Counted from the first letter of the stretch, positions 17,229-27,466 are shown. The stretch: 64,000 bases of DNA from Minisyncoccota bacterium (GCA_041657385.1 JBBABZ010000001.1:29821-93820), one strand, 5' to 3'. The notes: generated by a model from the letters alone, not told the origin. Numbers and translations: made by a program.

Positions 17229-19337
17229 ATGGAAGACAAAATTTTTAAATTAGAGATCGGACCGAAAACGCTAGAGATCAATACGCGCAATTTCGCCAGA
17301 AACGCCAACGGTTCCGTTTTAGTCAAATATGGAGACACAACCGTTTTGGCTACCTGTGTAATGTCAAAAAAACCTTTGGAAAAAATGGATTTTTTCCCTT
17401 TGATGGTTGAATATTCCGAACGGTATTACGCCGCTGGAAAAATTTTAGGATCCAGGTTCATCCGCCGGGAGGGAAGGCCTACCGATGAAGCCATTTTAAT
17501 TTCCAGGATCATTGATCGCACCTTGCGGCCGCTTTTCCCAACAAGCCTCAACCGCGAAGTTCAAATAGTCATCACTTGCTTATCTTGGGACGGAGAAAAC
17601 GATCCTGCAACCTTGGGTCTTTTTGCCGCTTCGCTTGGCCTCTTGATCTCAGATATTCCTTGGAATGGGCCAACCGCCGCTGTCCGGCTTTCCAAAAACG
17701 AACAGATCAAGCTTTTCCCGAATTATCAAGAAAGGGAAGAAGGCATATATGACCTGATCGTAGCGGGAGTCGATTCCGAAAAAGGAATCCTTGTTAATAT
17801 GATCGAAGGGCAAGCAAAAGAAGCATCCGAGCAGGCTATTTTCGAAGCTTTCGATTTTGCCAAGCCGGAAATAAAAAAACTGCTGGATCTCCAAAAAACG
17901 ATCCAAAAAGAAATTGGCAAAGAAAAAATAAAAATAGCCGAAAGAACAATAGACAAAAATTTTAAAGACAGCGTCAAAGAATTTTTGGGCGGAAAGATAG
18001 AACAAGTTATGATGGCCTCGGCAAACAAAGACGGCGCCGCCGATTCCAACGAAATGTCTTTGTCCGATCTTAAAAACAATTTGAAAGAATTTTTGAAAGA
18101 TCAGGATCAAGACAAATTAAATTACGCTTCCGAAATATTTGAAAAAGAAGTGGAGAAAACCTTTGAAGGTAATATTTTAAAAAATGAAAGAAGGCCGGAC
18201 GGCAGAGGACTGGATCAAGTAAGAGAGCTTTCTTGCGAAGTCGCTTTGTTGCCTCGCATGCATGGTTGCGGACTGTTTTCCCGCGGAGAAACCAGCGCCT
18301 TGTCTGTTTTGACCTTAGGCGCCCCGGGCGACCAAAAATTAATGGACGGAATGGAAGTCAGAGGGAAAAAAAGATTTATGCACCATTATAATTTCCTGCC
18401 TTATTGCACCGGAGAAGTAAAACCGATGCGCGGAACCGGCCGCCGCGAGGTAGGGCATGGTATGCTTGGTGAAAAAGCTATTTTGCCAATGCTCCCGACC
18501 GTTGAAGAGTTTCCTTACACTATCCGAATCGTTTCCGAAGTCCTTTCCTCGAACGGATCATCTTCTATGGCTTCAACTTGCGCTGCAAGCTTAGCCTTAA
18601 TGGATGCCGGCGTGCCGATCAAGAGACCGGTAGCCGGAATCGCTATGGGATTGGTCACTGACGGAGAAAACTATAAAATCTTAACCGATATCCAAGGACC
18701 GGAAGACCACCACGGACATATGGACTTTAAAGTGGCTGGAACAAAAGATGGCGTAAATGCCATCCAGCTTGATGTAAAAACATTAGGACTGACCAAACAG
18801 ATATTGGAAGAAACCATGATCAAGGCGAAAAAAGCCCGCGAAACGATCCTGGCCAAAATGCAATCTATCATTGCAGAGCCCCGCAAAGAGCTTTCCAAAT
18901 ACGCCCCCAGGATCTTTATCTTTGTTATAAAGCCGGATAAGATTCGCGAAGTGATCGGTCCCGGAGGCAAAATAATCAATGAGATCATCGACCAATGCAA
19001 TGTTTCCATCGACATTGAAGACGACGGAAAGGTTTTCATTACCGGCGAAAATGAAGAATCGGCTAAAAAAGCTTTAGAATGGGTCAAAAACATCGTCCGC
19101 GAAGTGGAAGTGGGAGAAATTTTCCCAGAGGGGAAAGTAGTAAGAATTTTGGATTTCGGCGCTTTCGTCGAAATCTTGCCGGGACAAGATGGAATGGTGC
19201 ACATCTCCCAGCTGGCTGACCGCCGGGTGGAGAAGGTTACAGATGTGGTAAATATCGGCGATGTCATCCCTGTGAAAGTTATTTCTATTGACCAACAGGG
19301 CCGAATTAATTTATCATTAAAAGAAGCCAAGAGATAG
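17229..19337 (+). CDS. pnp: Polynucleotide phosphorylase
   Basis: 702 aa. Two RNase PH domains, then a KH domain (IREVIGPGGKIINEI) and an S1 domain (GKVVRILDFGAFVEI) at the C-terminus. Confidence 0.9.
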   Translation: MEDKIFKLEIGPKTLEINTRNFARNANGSVLVKYGDTTVLATCVMSKKPLEKMDFFPLMVEYSERYYAAGKILGSRFIRREGRPTDEAILISRIIDRTLRPLFPTSLNREVQIVITCLSWDGENDPATLGLFAASLGLLISDIPWNGPTAAVRLSKNEQIKLFPNYQEREEGIYDLIVAGVDSEKGILVNMIEGQAKEASEQAIFEAFDFAKPEIKKLLDLQKTIQKEIGKEKIKIAERTIDKNFKDSVKEFLGGKIEQVMMASANKDGAADSNEMSLSDLKNNLKEFLKDQDQDKLNYASEIFEKEVEKTFEGNILKNERRPDGRGLDQVRELSCEVALLPRMHGCGLFSRGETSALSVLTLGAPGDQKLMDGMEVRGKKRFMHHYNFLPYCTGEVKPMRGTGRREVGHGMLGEKAILPMLPTVEEFPYTIRIVSEVLSSNGSSSMASTCAASLALMDAGVPIKRPVAGIAMGLVTDGENYKILTDIQGPEDHHGHMDFKVAGTKDGVNAIQLDVKTLGLTKQILEETMIKAKKARETILAKMQSIIAEPRKELSKYAPRIFIFVIKPDKIREVIGPGGKIINEIIDQCNVSIDIEDDGKVFITGENEESAKKALEWVKNIVREVEVGEIFPEGKVVRILDFGAFVEILPGQDGMVHISQLADRRVEKVTDVVNIGDVIPVKVISIDQQGRINLSLKEAKR

Positions 19338-19391
19338 TTCTTGGAAAAAATTCTGCGGCTTAAAAAATAATTAAAAAATCGGCAAACCTCT

Positions 19392-21083
19392 ATGTCAGAA
19401 GAAATCAAAGATCTATTTCAAAGAGAAAATATTAGAACGATGAAAAAAGACTTGAGAGGTCTTGCCGAATTGGAAACTCAAGGCAAAAAAGAGCAGCTCT
19501 TGAATGCTCCGAAAAAAGAAAAAAACGCTGTTCCGATCCCGCCGCTAAACATAAAGATGCCAGTCCCCGGACAGGCAGAAGAAAAGTCTTCAGTATCTGA
19601 TGCCTCTCAACAGCTGGCAAACAGATTCTCTCAGATCAAAAAAGAGCAAGAAGAAAAAGCCAGAATTTTTGAAGAACGGCAGCAAAAAGAATCGGAAGGG
19701 CAAAAAACAGCCGAACAAAAAAAGAAAGAAGAAGAGCAAAAAGAAAAAGAAAGGCTTGAAAAAGCTCTCTCCGCCGCCCAAGAAAATATTATTAATACGG
19801 CAAAGGTCCCGCCCGCTTCTTCCAAAACAGCGCAAGCTCCAGCTGCCGCAACCTCCTCCTCGCCGATTTCCATTACCGTAAAAACTCCCGATCCGGCATC
19901 CCTTAAAAACAACCCTGGCAAAGATCAATATAAAGAAGCGGTAGAAACAGCTGGAAAACCAGAAGATCCTAAAATGTTTGCCAAAAAAGGAATGCCCTTT
20001 TTCAATATTTTCAGACCCCAACAAAAACCAAAAGACCAAGCCTCTCAATCTGCAGCCGTGAAGCAAGAAAACTCAAAAATTCCTTCCGAAGGATCTCCAA
20101 AGAAAAATCAAGAAGTCCAGCTTAAACCGGCAGACCCAATGCCCCAAAAATCAAACGAAAAAAAAGAAAATATTCCCGAAGGAAAGCCGGCGGCCCAGCC
20201 GATCCAAGCCAAGGCAATTAATCCCATTGATGAAAAAGAGATGATCAGATCATTGGACGAGAGGGAAAAAAATATAGATAAAGACCTTTCAAAGATCTCT
20301 CAAGAAAAAATACCGGTAAAGATCAGATCCGAAGAAATTTCCAAAGAAATAGAAAAAATGAGACAAATGCAGCTGCAAGGGATCTTGGCCAAAGAAGCGG
20401 AGGTGGAGTCGGCTATAAAACAGCTCGATCTTAAAGAAAAATCGGCTGCTTCAGCCGATGAAAAAAGAAAAACAGAAGCTGAAAGGCAAGAGATCGAACC
20501 GCGCCGAGAGAAAATAGAAGAGCAAAGATATCAAGTTGAAGACAGCATAAAAAGCCTGGAAGCCCAGCTTAATGAGTGCGAAAACAATTATTTGCGCATT
20601 TCAGAAAAAGAGAAAAAATTGCTTAAGGAAAAGGCTGATATAAAAAACCAAAAAGAAATAATCATCCTTTCCGGCAAAAAAAATGCCTTGGAGCGATCCT
20701 TGAAGGAGCTAAATGAAAAGACAGATTCTTTAAAAAACGGCCTGGCTGCCATTTTAAAAGAAAAAAACGAGCTGGAAGAAAAATTGGTTAGAACATCTAA
20801 GGAAGAGCAAGAAACTGAAGCTAAAATTGAGATACTGGAAAATCAAGAAGCCAGCACCAAAGAACCCATCCATCTTAGAGAGATCGAAGCTCAAAGAAAA
20901 ATATTGGCGGGGAAACGCAAAGAAACGGAAAAAACGAGGTGGGAGGCAGAAGACCAAAAAAAAGGGATAGGAACGAAAGAAAGCGAGATCAAAAAAGAGT
21001 ACCAATCGGCAGTAAAAAAAATAGAGGAAAGCTCAAAGGAATTAAAAACGATCGAAGATAGATTGGACCAATGCAATGGCTAA
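19392..21083 (+). CDS. K/E-rich low-complexity coiled-coil protein (hypothetical)
   Basis: Long ORF with strong codon periodicity, heptad-like KE repeats and P/A/S-rich linkers. No catalytic motif. Confidence 0.5.
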   Translation: MSEEIKDLFQRENIRTMKKDLRGLAELETQGKKEQLLNAPKKEKNAVPIPPLNIKMPVPGQAEEKSSVSDASQQLANRFSQIKKEQEEKARIFEERQQKESEGQKTAEQKKKEEEQKEKERLEKALSAAQENIINTAKVPPASSKTAQAPAAATSSSPISITVKTPDPASLKNNPGKDQYKEAVETAGKPEDPKMFAKKGMPFFNIFRPQQKPKDQASQSAAVKQENSKIPSEGSPKKNQEVQLKPADPMPQKSNEKKENIPEGKPAAQPIQAKAINPIDEKEMIRSLDEREKNIDKDLSKISQEKIPVKIRSEEISKEIEKMRQMQLQGILAKEAEVESAIKQLDLKEKSAASADEKRKTEAERQEIEPRREKIEEQRYQVEDSIKSLEAQLNECENNYLRISEKEKKLLKEKADIKNQKEIIILSGKKNALERSLKELNEKTDSLKNGLAAILKEKNELEEKLVRTSKEEQETEAKIEILENQEASTKEPIHLREIEAQRKILAGKRKETEKTRWEAEDQKKGIGTKESEIKKEYQSAVKKIEESSKELKTIEDRLDQCNG

Positions 21084-21207
21084 ACAATCATCTTTCGTAA
21101 AAATCTTAATCAGACTTTTAATTTTAATAATTTTAGGGGCAATAACAGCTGCGGCGGTATTTTTATTTAAAAAATAATCCAAGCTGGCATTTTGTTCCAA
21201 CTGTAAA

Positions 21208-21567
21208 ATGGCAAATAAGGAATTCTTAGAAAAAATAAAATCGGAACTTGAACAGAAAAAAGATGCTTTGAGAAAAGAACTAAGCGGTTTTGCCAATGAA
21301 AGCCCGGGGGACAAAAAAGATTGGAACGCCCGCTACCCGCAATTTGAGGGGAGCGGACTGGAAGACGAAGCCGACGAGGTGGAAGAATACGGAAGTCTTC
21401 TTTCGATCGAGAAGATCATGGAAAAAAAGCTCAAAGATATCGACGCCGCGCTGGAAAAGATCGAAAAAAATACTTACGGCATCTGCGAAAAATGCGGCGT
21501 GGAAATTTCCCAAGCCAGGCTGGAAGTCTGCCCGGAAGCCCGATGGTGCTCTAGCTGTATTCAATAA
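21208..21567 (+). CDS. DksA/TraR-family C4 zinc-finger protein
   Basis: CEKCGVEIS...CPEARWCSSC four-cysteine finger at the C-terminus with an acidic coiled-coil N-terminus. Confidence 0.6.
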   Translation: MANKEFLEKIKSELEQKKDALRKELSGFANESPGDKKDWNARYPQFEGSGLEDEADEVEEYGSLLSIEKIMEKKLKDIDAALEKIEKNTYGICEKCGVEISQARLEVCPEARWCSSCIQ

Positions 21568-21640
21568 ATTTTTATATCTAACCTTACCCGCAAAAAGGTT
21601 TGAAAATTAAAAATTGAAAATTAAAAATTTTTAGCGGAGG

Positions 21641-23176
21641 ATGCCTATTAAAATTTTCTCGGCTGCCCTGAACGGCCTTGATGCGCAGATCATAGAAGCG
21701 GAGATAGACGCTTCTTATGGTTTGCGCTGTTTTAATATTGTCGGACTGGCCGACAAAACCATCCAAGAATCAAAAGAAAGGATCAGCGCAGCTATTAAAA
21801 GCTCCCATTTAAAAAGCCCCTCATCTCAAGCGATCAAGCTTTTGGTCAGCCTCGCTCCGGCTGGCCTAAAAAAAGAAGGGTCCTTATACGACCTGCCCAT
21901 TGCTCTGGGCTATCTCTTAGCTTCAAAACAAGCTCTTTTTGCAACAACCGGCAAAATAATAATAGGGGAACTGTCCCTTGACGGCGCTCTGCGGCCGATC
22001 AGAGGCAGCCTCATCATCGCCGCCAAAGCCAAAGACGAAGGATTTAAAGAAATAATTTTGCCTCAAGCCAATTCCAAGGAAGCGGCTTTGATAGAGGGCA
22101 TAGAAGTGATCGGGGTTAAAACCCTTGCGGATGCTTTAGCTTATCTGGAAGGCCGGACAGAGATTATTCCGGCTGTTAGCGATCCGCAAAGCTGTGAAAG
22201 CTTATCTTTAGATAAAAATTCTTTTTTAGAAGATTTGGGCTGGATACAAGGCCAAGAACTAGCCAAAAGAGCCTTAGAGGTAGCCGCCGCCGGCGGGCAT
22301 AATCTTTTGATGGAGGGACCTCCCGGCACCGGCAAAACATTATTAGCCAAGGCTATGGCTTCCATTTTACCGCCTCTGTCTTTTGAGGAATCCCTAGAGG
22401 TCACTAAAATTTACAGCGCCAGCGGCCTTCTTCTTGAAAATAATTTTATTCTCAAAAACCGGCCTTTCCGCGCCCCGCACCACACTGCTTCAGGAGCTTC
22501 TTTGATCGGCGGCGGCAATCCTTTGATGCCGGGAGAAATAACTTTAGCCCACCGGGGAATTTTATTTTTAGATGAATTCCCGGAATTCCACCGCGATGTT
22601 TTGGAAAGCCTGCGCCAGCCGATGGAAGAGGGGGCTATTTCCATTTTACGCTCCAATAGCCGCGCCAAACTGCCTGCCCGCTTCACCTTAGTAGCCGCAG
22701 CCAATCCTTGCCCTTGCGGCAATTTCGGCGACCCCGAAAAAGAATGCTCCTGTGCCCCAGGGCAGGTCTTGAAATACCGCCGCAAGCTTTCCGGCCCGAT
22801 AATGGACCGGATCGACCTGTTTATCAAGGTTCCTCAAATAAAATTCGAAAAACTTACGGCCAAAGAAAACAAGAACCAAAGCGAAAAAATAAAAGAAAAG
22901 GTCAGTCAGGCCAGGATCATCCAAAAACAAAGGCTAGAAAAAATCCCCGGGATATTTACCAATAGCGAATTGGCCGTTCCTCAAATAGAAGAGTTTTGCC
23001 AAATAGACAGCGAGTCAAGGGAAATATTGAAAAAGGCGGTTGACTCCGGCAAGCTTTCAGCCCGCAGCTTTCATAAAGTTTTAAAAGTGGCCCGCACCAT
23101 AGCCGATCTGGAAAATTCAACGGGAATAAAAAACTCCCATATAATGGAAGCTTTGATGTATCGGCAAAAAATTTAA
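21641..23176 (+). CDS. Mg-chelatase-like AAA+ ATPase YifB/ComM
   Basis: N-terminal Lon-like domain, Walker A GPPGTGKT, LFLDEFPEF, and a C-terminal ComM tail. Confidence 0.85.
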   Translation: MPIKIFSAALNGLDAQIIEAEIDASYGLRCFNIVGLADKTIQESKERISAAIKSSHLKSPSSQAIKLLVSLAPAGLKKEGSLYDLPIALGYLLASKQALFATTGKIIIGELSLDGALRPIRGSLIIAAKAKDEGFKEIILPQANSKEAALIEGIEVIGVKTLADALAYLEGRTEIIPAVSDPQSCESLSLDKNSFLEDLGWIQGQELAKRALEVAAAGGHNLLMEGPPGTGKTLLAKAMASILPPLSFEESLEVTKIYSASGLLLENNFILKNRPFRAPHHTASGASLIGGGNPLMPGEITLAHRGILFLDEFPEFHRDVLESLRQPMEEGAISILRSNSRAKLPARFTLVAAANPCPCGNFGDPEKECSCAPGQVLKYRRKLSGPIMDRIDLFIKVPQIKFEKLTAKENKNQSEKIKEKVSQARIIQKQRLEKIPGIFTNSELAVPQIEEFCQIDSESREILKKAVDSGKLSARSFHKVLKVARTIADLENSTGIKNSHIMEALMYRQKI

Positions 23177-23180
23177 AAAC

Positions 23181-24164
23181 TTATTTCTTAAAAGACAGGT
23201 TAGAGCCGTATTTATATTTGGCGATGGGATTGGCAGTGCCGCGGACATCGAAATGCAAATGGCAGCCGGTTACGCCGACAACCTGGCCGGTATTGCCTAT
23301 ATATCCGATCAATTGGCCCTGAGAAACATTTTCTCCTGCCAACACCAAAATTTTGGAAAGGTGGGCATAGATAGTGACAACGCTATTCGGATGGATGATA
23401 TTGACATAATTGCCGAACGGCCATTGGTTGGTGGCTATTTGGATTTTCCCGCCGGCGGCGGCAAAAACAGGGGTGCCGCATTGATTGGCAATATCAACAG
23501 CATTAAAGAAATGAAGCGTTTGCGTGATCTTTCCGGTTGTCGGGAGAATAAAGAATCCATCCGGTAAAACATTCCCAACGTTTCGGGCTAGAACCGGAGC
23601 GATGGCGGCCGTAGGAGCCGAGATCTTTCCCTCAGGGACAACTATGATGTCTCCTACCGTTAATGCGGAGTTGGCATTAAGCTGATTAAAAGCGATGATT
23701 TGATCTTGGTCTGCTTTATAGAGCTTGGCTATTTGGGAAATCGTTTCTTTGTCGTTGATAATGTGCATTACGCCCGAAGTCGGCAAAACGACCAACTTCT
23801 GTCCAGCCTTAACGGCCGATCCTTTTTTTAAGTCGTTAGCCCAAAGAATCGTCTCCAAGCTGATCTTAAACTTCTCGGCAAGGCTGGCTAGAGTGTCTCC
23901 TTCTTTTACGGTATACTGGATAATATCGCGCTCTCCTTGCTCTGCCTGGCTTATTTCTTCGCTCAAATCAGCCATGGTCGCCAATGTTTGAGGCTTTACA
24001 AAAATAGGAGAGGGCACGCTTTTTAAGCTGGTGCCCTCTAATATAACTAAATTTTGAGCTGAATCTACAGTGTTTTGAGCGCTCAAAAGCGCGCAAGTAA
24101 GGGATTTTCCAGTTGTTTTTTTAGGGTCAACGCAACTGCTGCCATCGTTAACGGTTTTTGCCAA
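23181..24164 (-). CDS. LysM-domain M23 family peptidoglycan metalloendopeptidase
   Basis: LysM (YTVKEGDTLASLAEKF) plus M23 HxH region (GNTGQVVGVTGCHLHFDV). A hydrophobic signal-anchor is encoded in frame just upstream of the listed start, so the true start is probably non-ATG and further 5'. Confidence 0.8.
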   Translation of the reverse strand: MAKTVNDGSSCVDPKKTTGKSLTCALLSAQNTVDSAQNLVILEGTSLKSVPSPIFVKPQTLATMADLSEEISQAEQGERDIIQYTVKEGDTLASLAEKFKISLETILWANDLKKGSAVKAGQKLVVLPTSGVMHIINDKETISQIAKLYKADQDQIIAFNQLNANSALTVGDIIVVPEGKISAPTAAIAPVLARNVGNVLPDGFFILPTTGKITQTLHFFNAVDIANQCGTPVFAAAGGKIQIATNQWPFGNYVNIIHPNSVVTIYAHLSKILVLAGENVSQGQLIGYIGNTGQVVGVTGCHLHFDVRGTANPIAKYKYGSNLSFKK

Positions 24165-24318
24165 GCTGAAAAAGGCAAAAACAACGAAGACTCCTAAAAA
24201 GCAAAAAAGAAGGCCCTTTTTGTTTAAGCCGCCTTTCGTTCCTCTTAGATTCAGACCCTTAATTAAAGATTGGAAATAATTAGAAATACGTTATATAATT
24301 TAAAGGTTTTAAGCTTAA

Positions 24319-25158
24319 ATGTCAAGCCAATTGTCCACAATTAAACAGACTAAGGAGCTTTTGGAAAAATACGGCTTATCCCCTAGAAAAGGGCTGGGCC
24401 AGAACTTTTTGGTAAATAAAGGAGTGGTTGAAAAATTGATCAAGGCCGGGCAGATAGAAAAAACCGACCTTGTCTTGGAAGTCGGGCCGGGCATCGGCGT
24501 TTTAACCAAAGAGCTGGCCAAAGCATCCCGAAAAGTGATCGCCGTTGAGAAAGATCCTCAAATGGTTGAAATTTTATCCAAAGAGCTAGCCGAGCTTCAA
24601 ATTGATAATGTAGAGATCGTCCAAGATGATATTATGGAATTTTTAGAAAAAGGAGGATTGGCCGGCCAAGAGTATAAGGTTGCCGGAAACATTCCTTTTT
24701 ATTTGACCGCCCATTTGATCCGCCTTCTTTTGGAAATGCCCCAGCCGCCCAAAGATATGGTTTTTGTTTTGCAAAAAGAAGTCGGCCAGCGCATCGCAAG
24801 CCTGCCGCCGAAAATGACCCTGCTCTCCGCATCGGTCCAATTTTACGCCCAGCCCAAGCTGTCCGGCTATATTAAAAGGCATTCCTTCTGGCCGGTCCCG
24901 GCCGTGGACGCGGCAATCATCAGAATCACGCCAAAAAATCCGACGCCGGAGGTTGGCCGCGATCTTTTTTTCAAAATTTTGAAAGCCGGCTTTTCCCAGC
25001 CGCGCAAACAGCTTATTAACAACTTATCAAACTCGTTAAAAACTGATAAAATAGAAATCAATAATTGGCTTTTAAAAAATAACATCCAGCCCGCCCAAAG
25101 AGCGGAAACTTTATCGATAGGGGACTGGATAAATTTAACCCAAAGCTATCATTCTTAA
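24319..25158 (+). CDS. rsmA: 16S rRNA (adenine1518/1519-N6)-dimethyltransferase
   Basis: GQNFLVN, the LEVGPGIGVLT SAM motif, and the NIPFYLT/QKEV blocks of KsgA. Confidence 0.85.
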   Translation: MSSQLSTIKQTKELLEKYGLSPRKGLGQNFLVNKGVVEKLIKAGQIEKTDLVLEVGPGIGVLTKELAKASRKVIAVEKDPQMVEILSKELAELQIDNVEIVQDDIMEFLEKGGLAGQEYKVAGNIPFYLTAHLIRLLLEMPQPPKDMVFVLQKEVGQRIASLPPKMTLLSASVQFYAQPKLSGYIKRHSFWPVPAVDAAIIRITPKNPTPEVGRDLFFKILKAGFSQPRKQLINNLSNSLKTDKIEINNWLLKNNIQPAQRAETLSIGDWINLTQSYHS

Positions 25159-25161
25159 AAA

Positions 25162-27462
25162 ATGACCCGCCGTTCTATTTATTTCGCCGCGATAATAATC
25201 CTCTTTTTTTCTTTGGCCGGGCCATGCCTGGCTGCTTGCGGCAGCTCTTGGTACGGATGCGTAGGAGGCCACAGCAATTCCTGCTCGGACGATCTTTGGT
25301 TTTATACACAATCCTGCGGCGGATATAACGACAAAGGGCAGTGCTTGAGCTGCCTTACCAATCAAGTTTTATCACAGGACTGTTTTGAATGGGAACAATG
25401 CAGCAGCGGCGCGGCTAAATGCCAATGCTGCGGCGATTGCTTCGGCACTCCAAAAAATCCAAGATACTACGACAACCCCACTTATTCCGACCAGCCGGAC
25501 AAAAGCCAAAATTCTCAAAGCATCGATCTTCCCTTAAAGCTGGACTGGGATGACGTCCTCGGCTGGAAAGACGGCTGGACGCAAAACGGAAACAAACAAT
25601 CCTGCTCCAGAAACTGCGCGAATTCTTACCGTTTGACTATCTACGACACAAAGGCAAAAAAAGAAGTCATTAATAAAGTCTTAACAAAGTCAGAATACAA
25701 TATCCGCGAAGACAAAGGGCCCTGTTTTTTAGAATCCAGCCGCACTTATGAATGGCACGTCCAAGCCTGCTGCGATTCTAATGGAACCACTTGCGGCCCG
25801 GCCAGCAATTGGAGTTTTACCACTAGCCTAGCACCGGAATTGGATTCTCCTTACGATCCAGATTGGGCCGGCCCGGAAAAAATAGAGAATGTCGATCTTC
25901 CGGTTTCTTTGAAATGGTGCAAGATCAACGAAACCAATTCCCACGACATAAGATTCTTTCTTGTAAAAAACGGGGTGGAACAATGTCATCCAAGCCTTTT
26001 GAACGGAACCGAATGCACCACTTATCCTTTCAACTTAAAAACTCAAACCAATTCCGAAATAACGGTTTTCCAAGACACTGACCTGAATTTCTTTACTAAA
26101 AGCAGCGAATACCGCTGGGAAATTTCTTCCTGTAAAGGCTATGTAAATTCCGAATGCGAGCTTTTCGGCCAGAAATGGTCTTTTTCCACCAAGGACACCA
26201 ATTTGATTGCCGCTTCGGGCTATCTCCCTTCAAACGATCCGACAGGAGCAACCCCCATCGGCCTTCCGGTAGATTTCAGCTGGGTCAAAACACCCGGAGC
26301 CAACTCTTATATTTTTGAACTGAACCCCGTGAACATTAAAAAGACTCTCAACTCAACTGGCCTGCAAATCGACTCTCCTTCTTTACAGTTGACGTCCTCC
26401 TATAATTGGAGAGTAAAACCTTGCTGGGATTTTGAAGGAAAAGACTGCGAAGATTTCAGCCAAACTTATTATTTCACAACCACCGGCCTGCCGCCGGTTA
26501 ATATCAATGTCGACGCCGTATCGTTTCCGGTTGAGATCGATTGGGGTAATGTCAGCGGAGCGTCTTCTTACTATTATCAGCTAGCTTCGGATGCCGGCTT
26601 TCAAAATATCATTGAAGGAAAGGATGCCAGCCAAAACAAAATAAGTTTTGATTATACTAAGATCAAACAGGAAACCGATTATTGGTTCCGCTTAAAAACC
26701 TGCGCCCATCAAAACGGAGAGCTCTGCGGCGATTGGAGCCAGACAAAAAACTTTAAAACGATCAAACTGGCATCCCCCGCAAACATTAAACCTCAAAATG
26801 GCTCCGTTCTTTCGACGAGCCAAGCGCAAACCTTTTCCTGGAACCCGGTTCCGGCCGCGAAGTATTATAAATATTCTTTAAAATACGCCGAGATGGCTGC
26901 CGAAGAAACCAATGAAAAATGCCCAGCCCTGCTTAACCAACTCCAAGAAAAAATTACAGCCAACACAAATGCCATAGAGATCATGGACTGCAAAGGAAAA
27001 TACCAGCTTCAAGCTCAAGCCTGTATGGAAGCAGATTGCAAGGCCGAGACATCGGGCAGCTGGTCTGCGGTGCAAGAGTTTAGTATAAAATCAGGAGTCG
27101 CTTCAAAAGACCTCCAAGGCAAGGGATTCATCCCTTGCGGCTTGTCAGCCGATGATCCAACAACCCCTTGGGACGAAAGCCAAAGATGCGAGATAAAACA
27201 CTTGTTCATTCTATTGAATATGATCATAAATTTCTTGATGTGGACGCTCGTGCCGATCGTCCTTCTCTTCTTGATGCTGGCTTCCGGAGCGATCTTTTAT
27301 TTCTCGATGGGCAGGGAAGACCCCTTGCCGCGGATCAAGTCTTTATGGAAAGCCGCCGGCATCGGCCTTGGCATTATTTTCTTATCTTGGTTCATTATCA
27401 ATATCAGCTTGTCATTGGTCGGATTTAAATTCGGCGCCTTTGGCAAATGGTGGAATTTTTAA
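25162..27462 (+). CDS. Secreted cysteine-rich protein with about 5 Fn3-like repeats fused to a C-terminal VirB2/TrbC-like two-TM pilin hairpin
   Basis: Signal peptide ending CLAAC and many paired cysteines. Repeated modules each end in W-x-F-(S/T)-T (NWSFTT, KWSFST, TYYFTT, KNFKT, QEFSI). C-terminus IPCG...C then two TM helices, homologous to the ORF at 15756. Confidence 0.5.
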   Translation: MTRRSIYFAAIIILFFSLAGPCLAACGSSWYGCVGGHSNSCSDDLWFYTQSCGGYNDKGQCLSCLTNQVLSQDCFEWEQCSSGAAKCQCCGDCFGTPKNPRYYDNPTYSDQPDKSQNSQSIDLPLKLDWDDVLGWKDGWTQNGNKQSCSRNCANSYRLTIYDTKAKKEVINKVLTKSEYNIREDKGPCFLESSRTYEWHVQACCDSNGTTCGPASNWSFTTSLAPELDSPYDPDWAGPEKIENVDLPVSLKWCKINETNSHDIRFFLVKNGVEQCHPSLLNGTECTTYPFNLKTQTNSEITVFQDTDLNFFTKSSEYRWEISSCKGYVNSECELFGQKWSFSTKDTNLIAASGYLPSNDPTGATPIGLPVDFSWVKTPGANSYIFELNPVNIKKTLNSTGLQIDSPSLQLTSSYNWRVKPCWDFEGKDCEDFSQTYYFTTTGLPPVNINVDAVSFPVEIDWGNVSGASSYYYQLASDAGFQNIIEGKDASQNKISFDYTKIKQETDYWFRLKTCAHQNGELCGDWSQTKNFKTIKLASPANIKPQNGSVLSTSQAQTFSWNPVPAAKYYKYSLKYAEMAAEETNEKCPALLNQLQEKITANTNAIEIMDCKGKYQLQAQACMEADCKAETSGSWSAVQEFSIKSGVASKDLQGKGFIPCGLSADDPTTPWDESQRCEIKHLFILLNMIINFLMWTLVPIVLLFLMLASGAIFYFSMGREDPLPRIKSLWKAAGIGLGIIFLSWFIINISLSLVGFKFGAFGKWWNF

Positions 27463-27466
27463 AATT

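Noticed and set aside
18671-19408. 245-aa minus-strand ORF inside pnp
   Set aside because: Antisense shadow of a highly conserved gene. Low-complexity serine/isoleucine-rich translation with no motifs.
19600-19881. K/R-rich 93-aa plus-strand ORF and several minus ORFs overlapping the coiled-coil gene
   Set aside because: Alternative frames of a purine-rich repetitive gene. Typical shadow ORFs.
24165-24293. Missing ATG for the M23 peptidase signal peptide
   Set aside because: The in-frame upstream segment encodes a plausible signal anchor but contains no ATG. This is most likely a non-canonical start (TTG/CTG) rather than a biological anomaly, so it was not raised as a finding.
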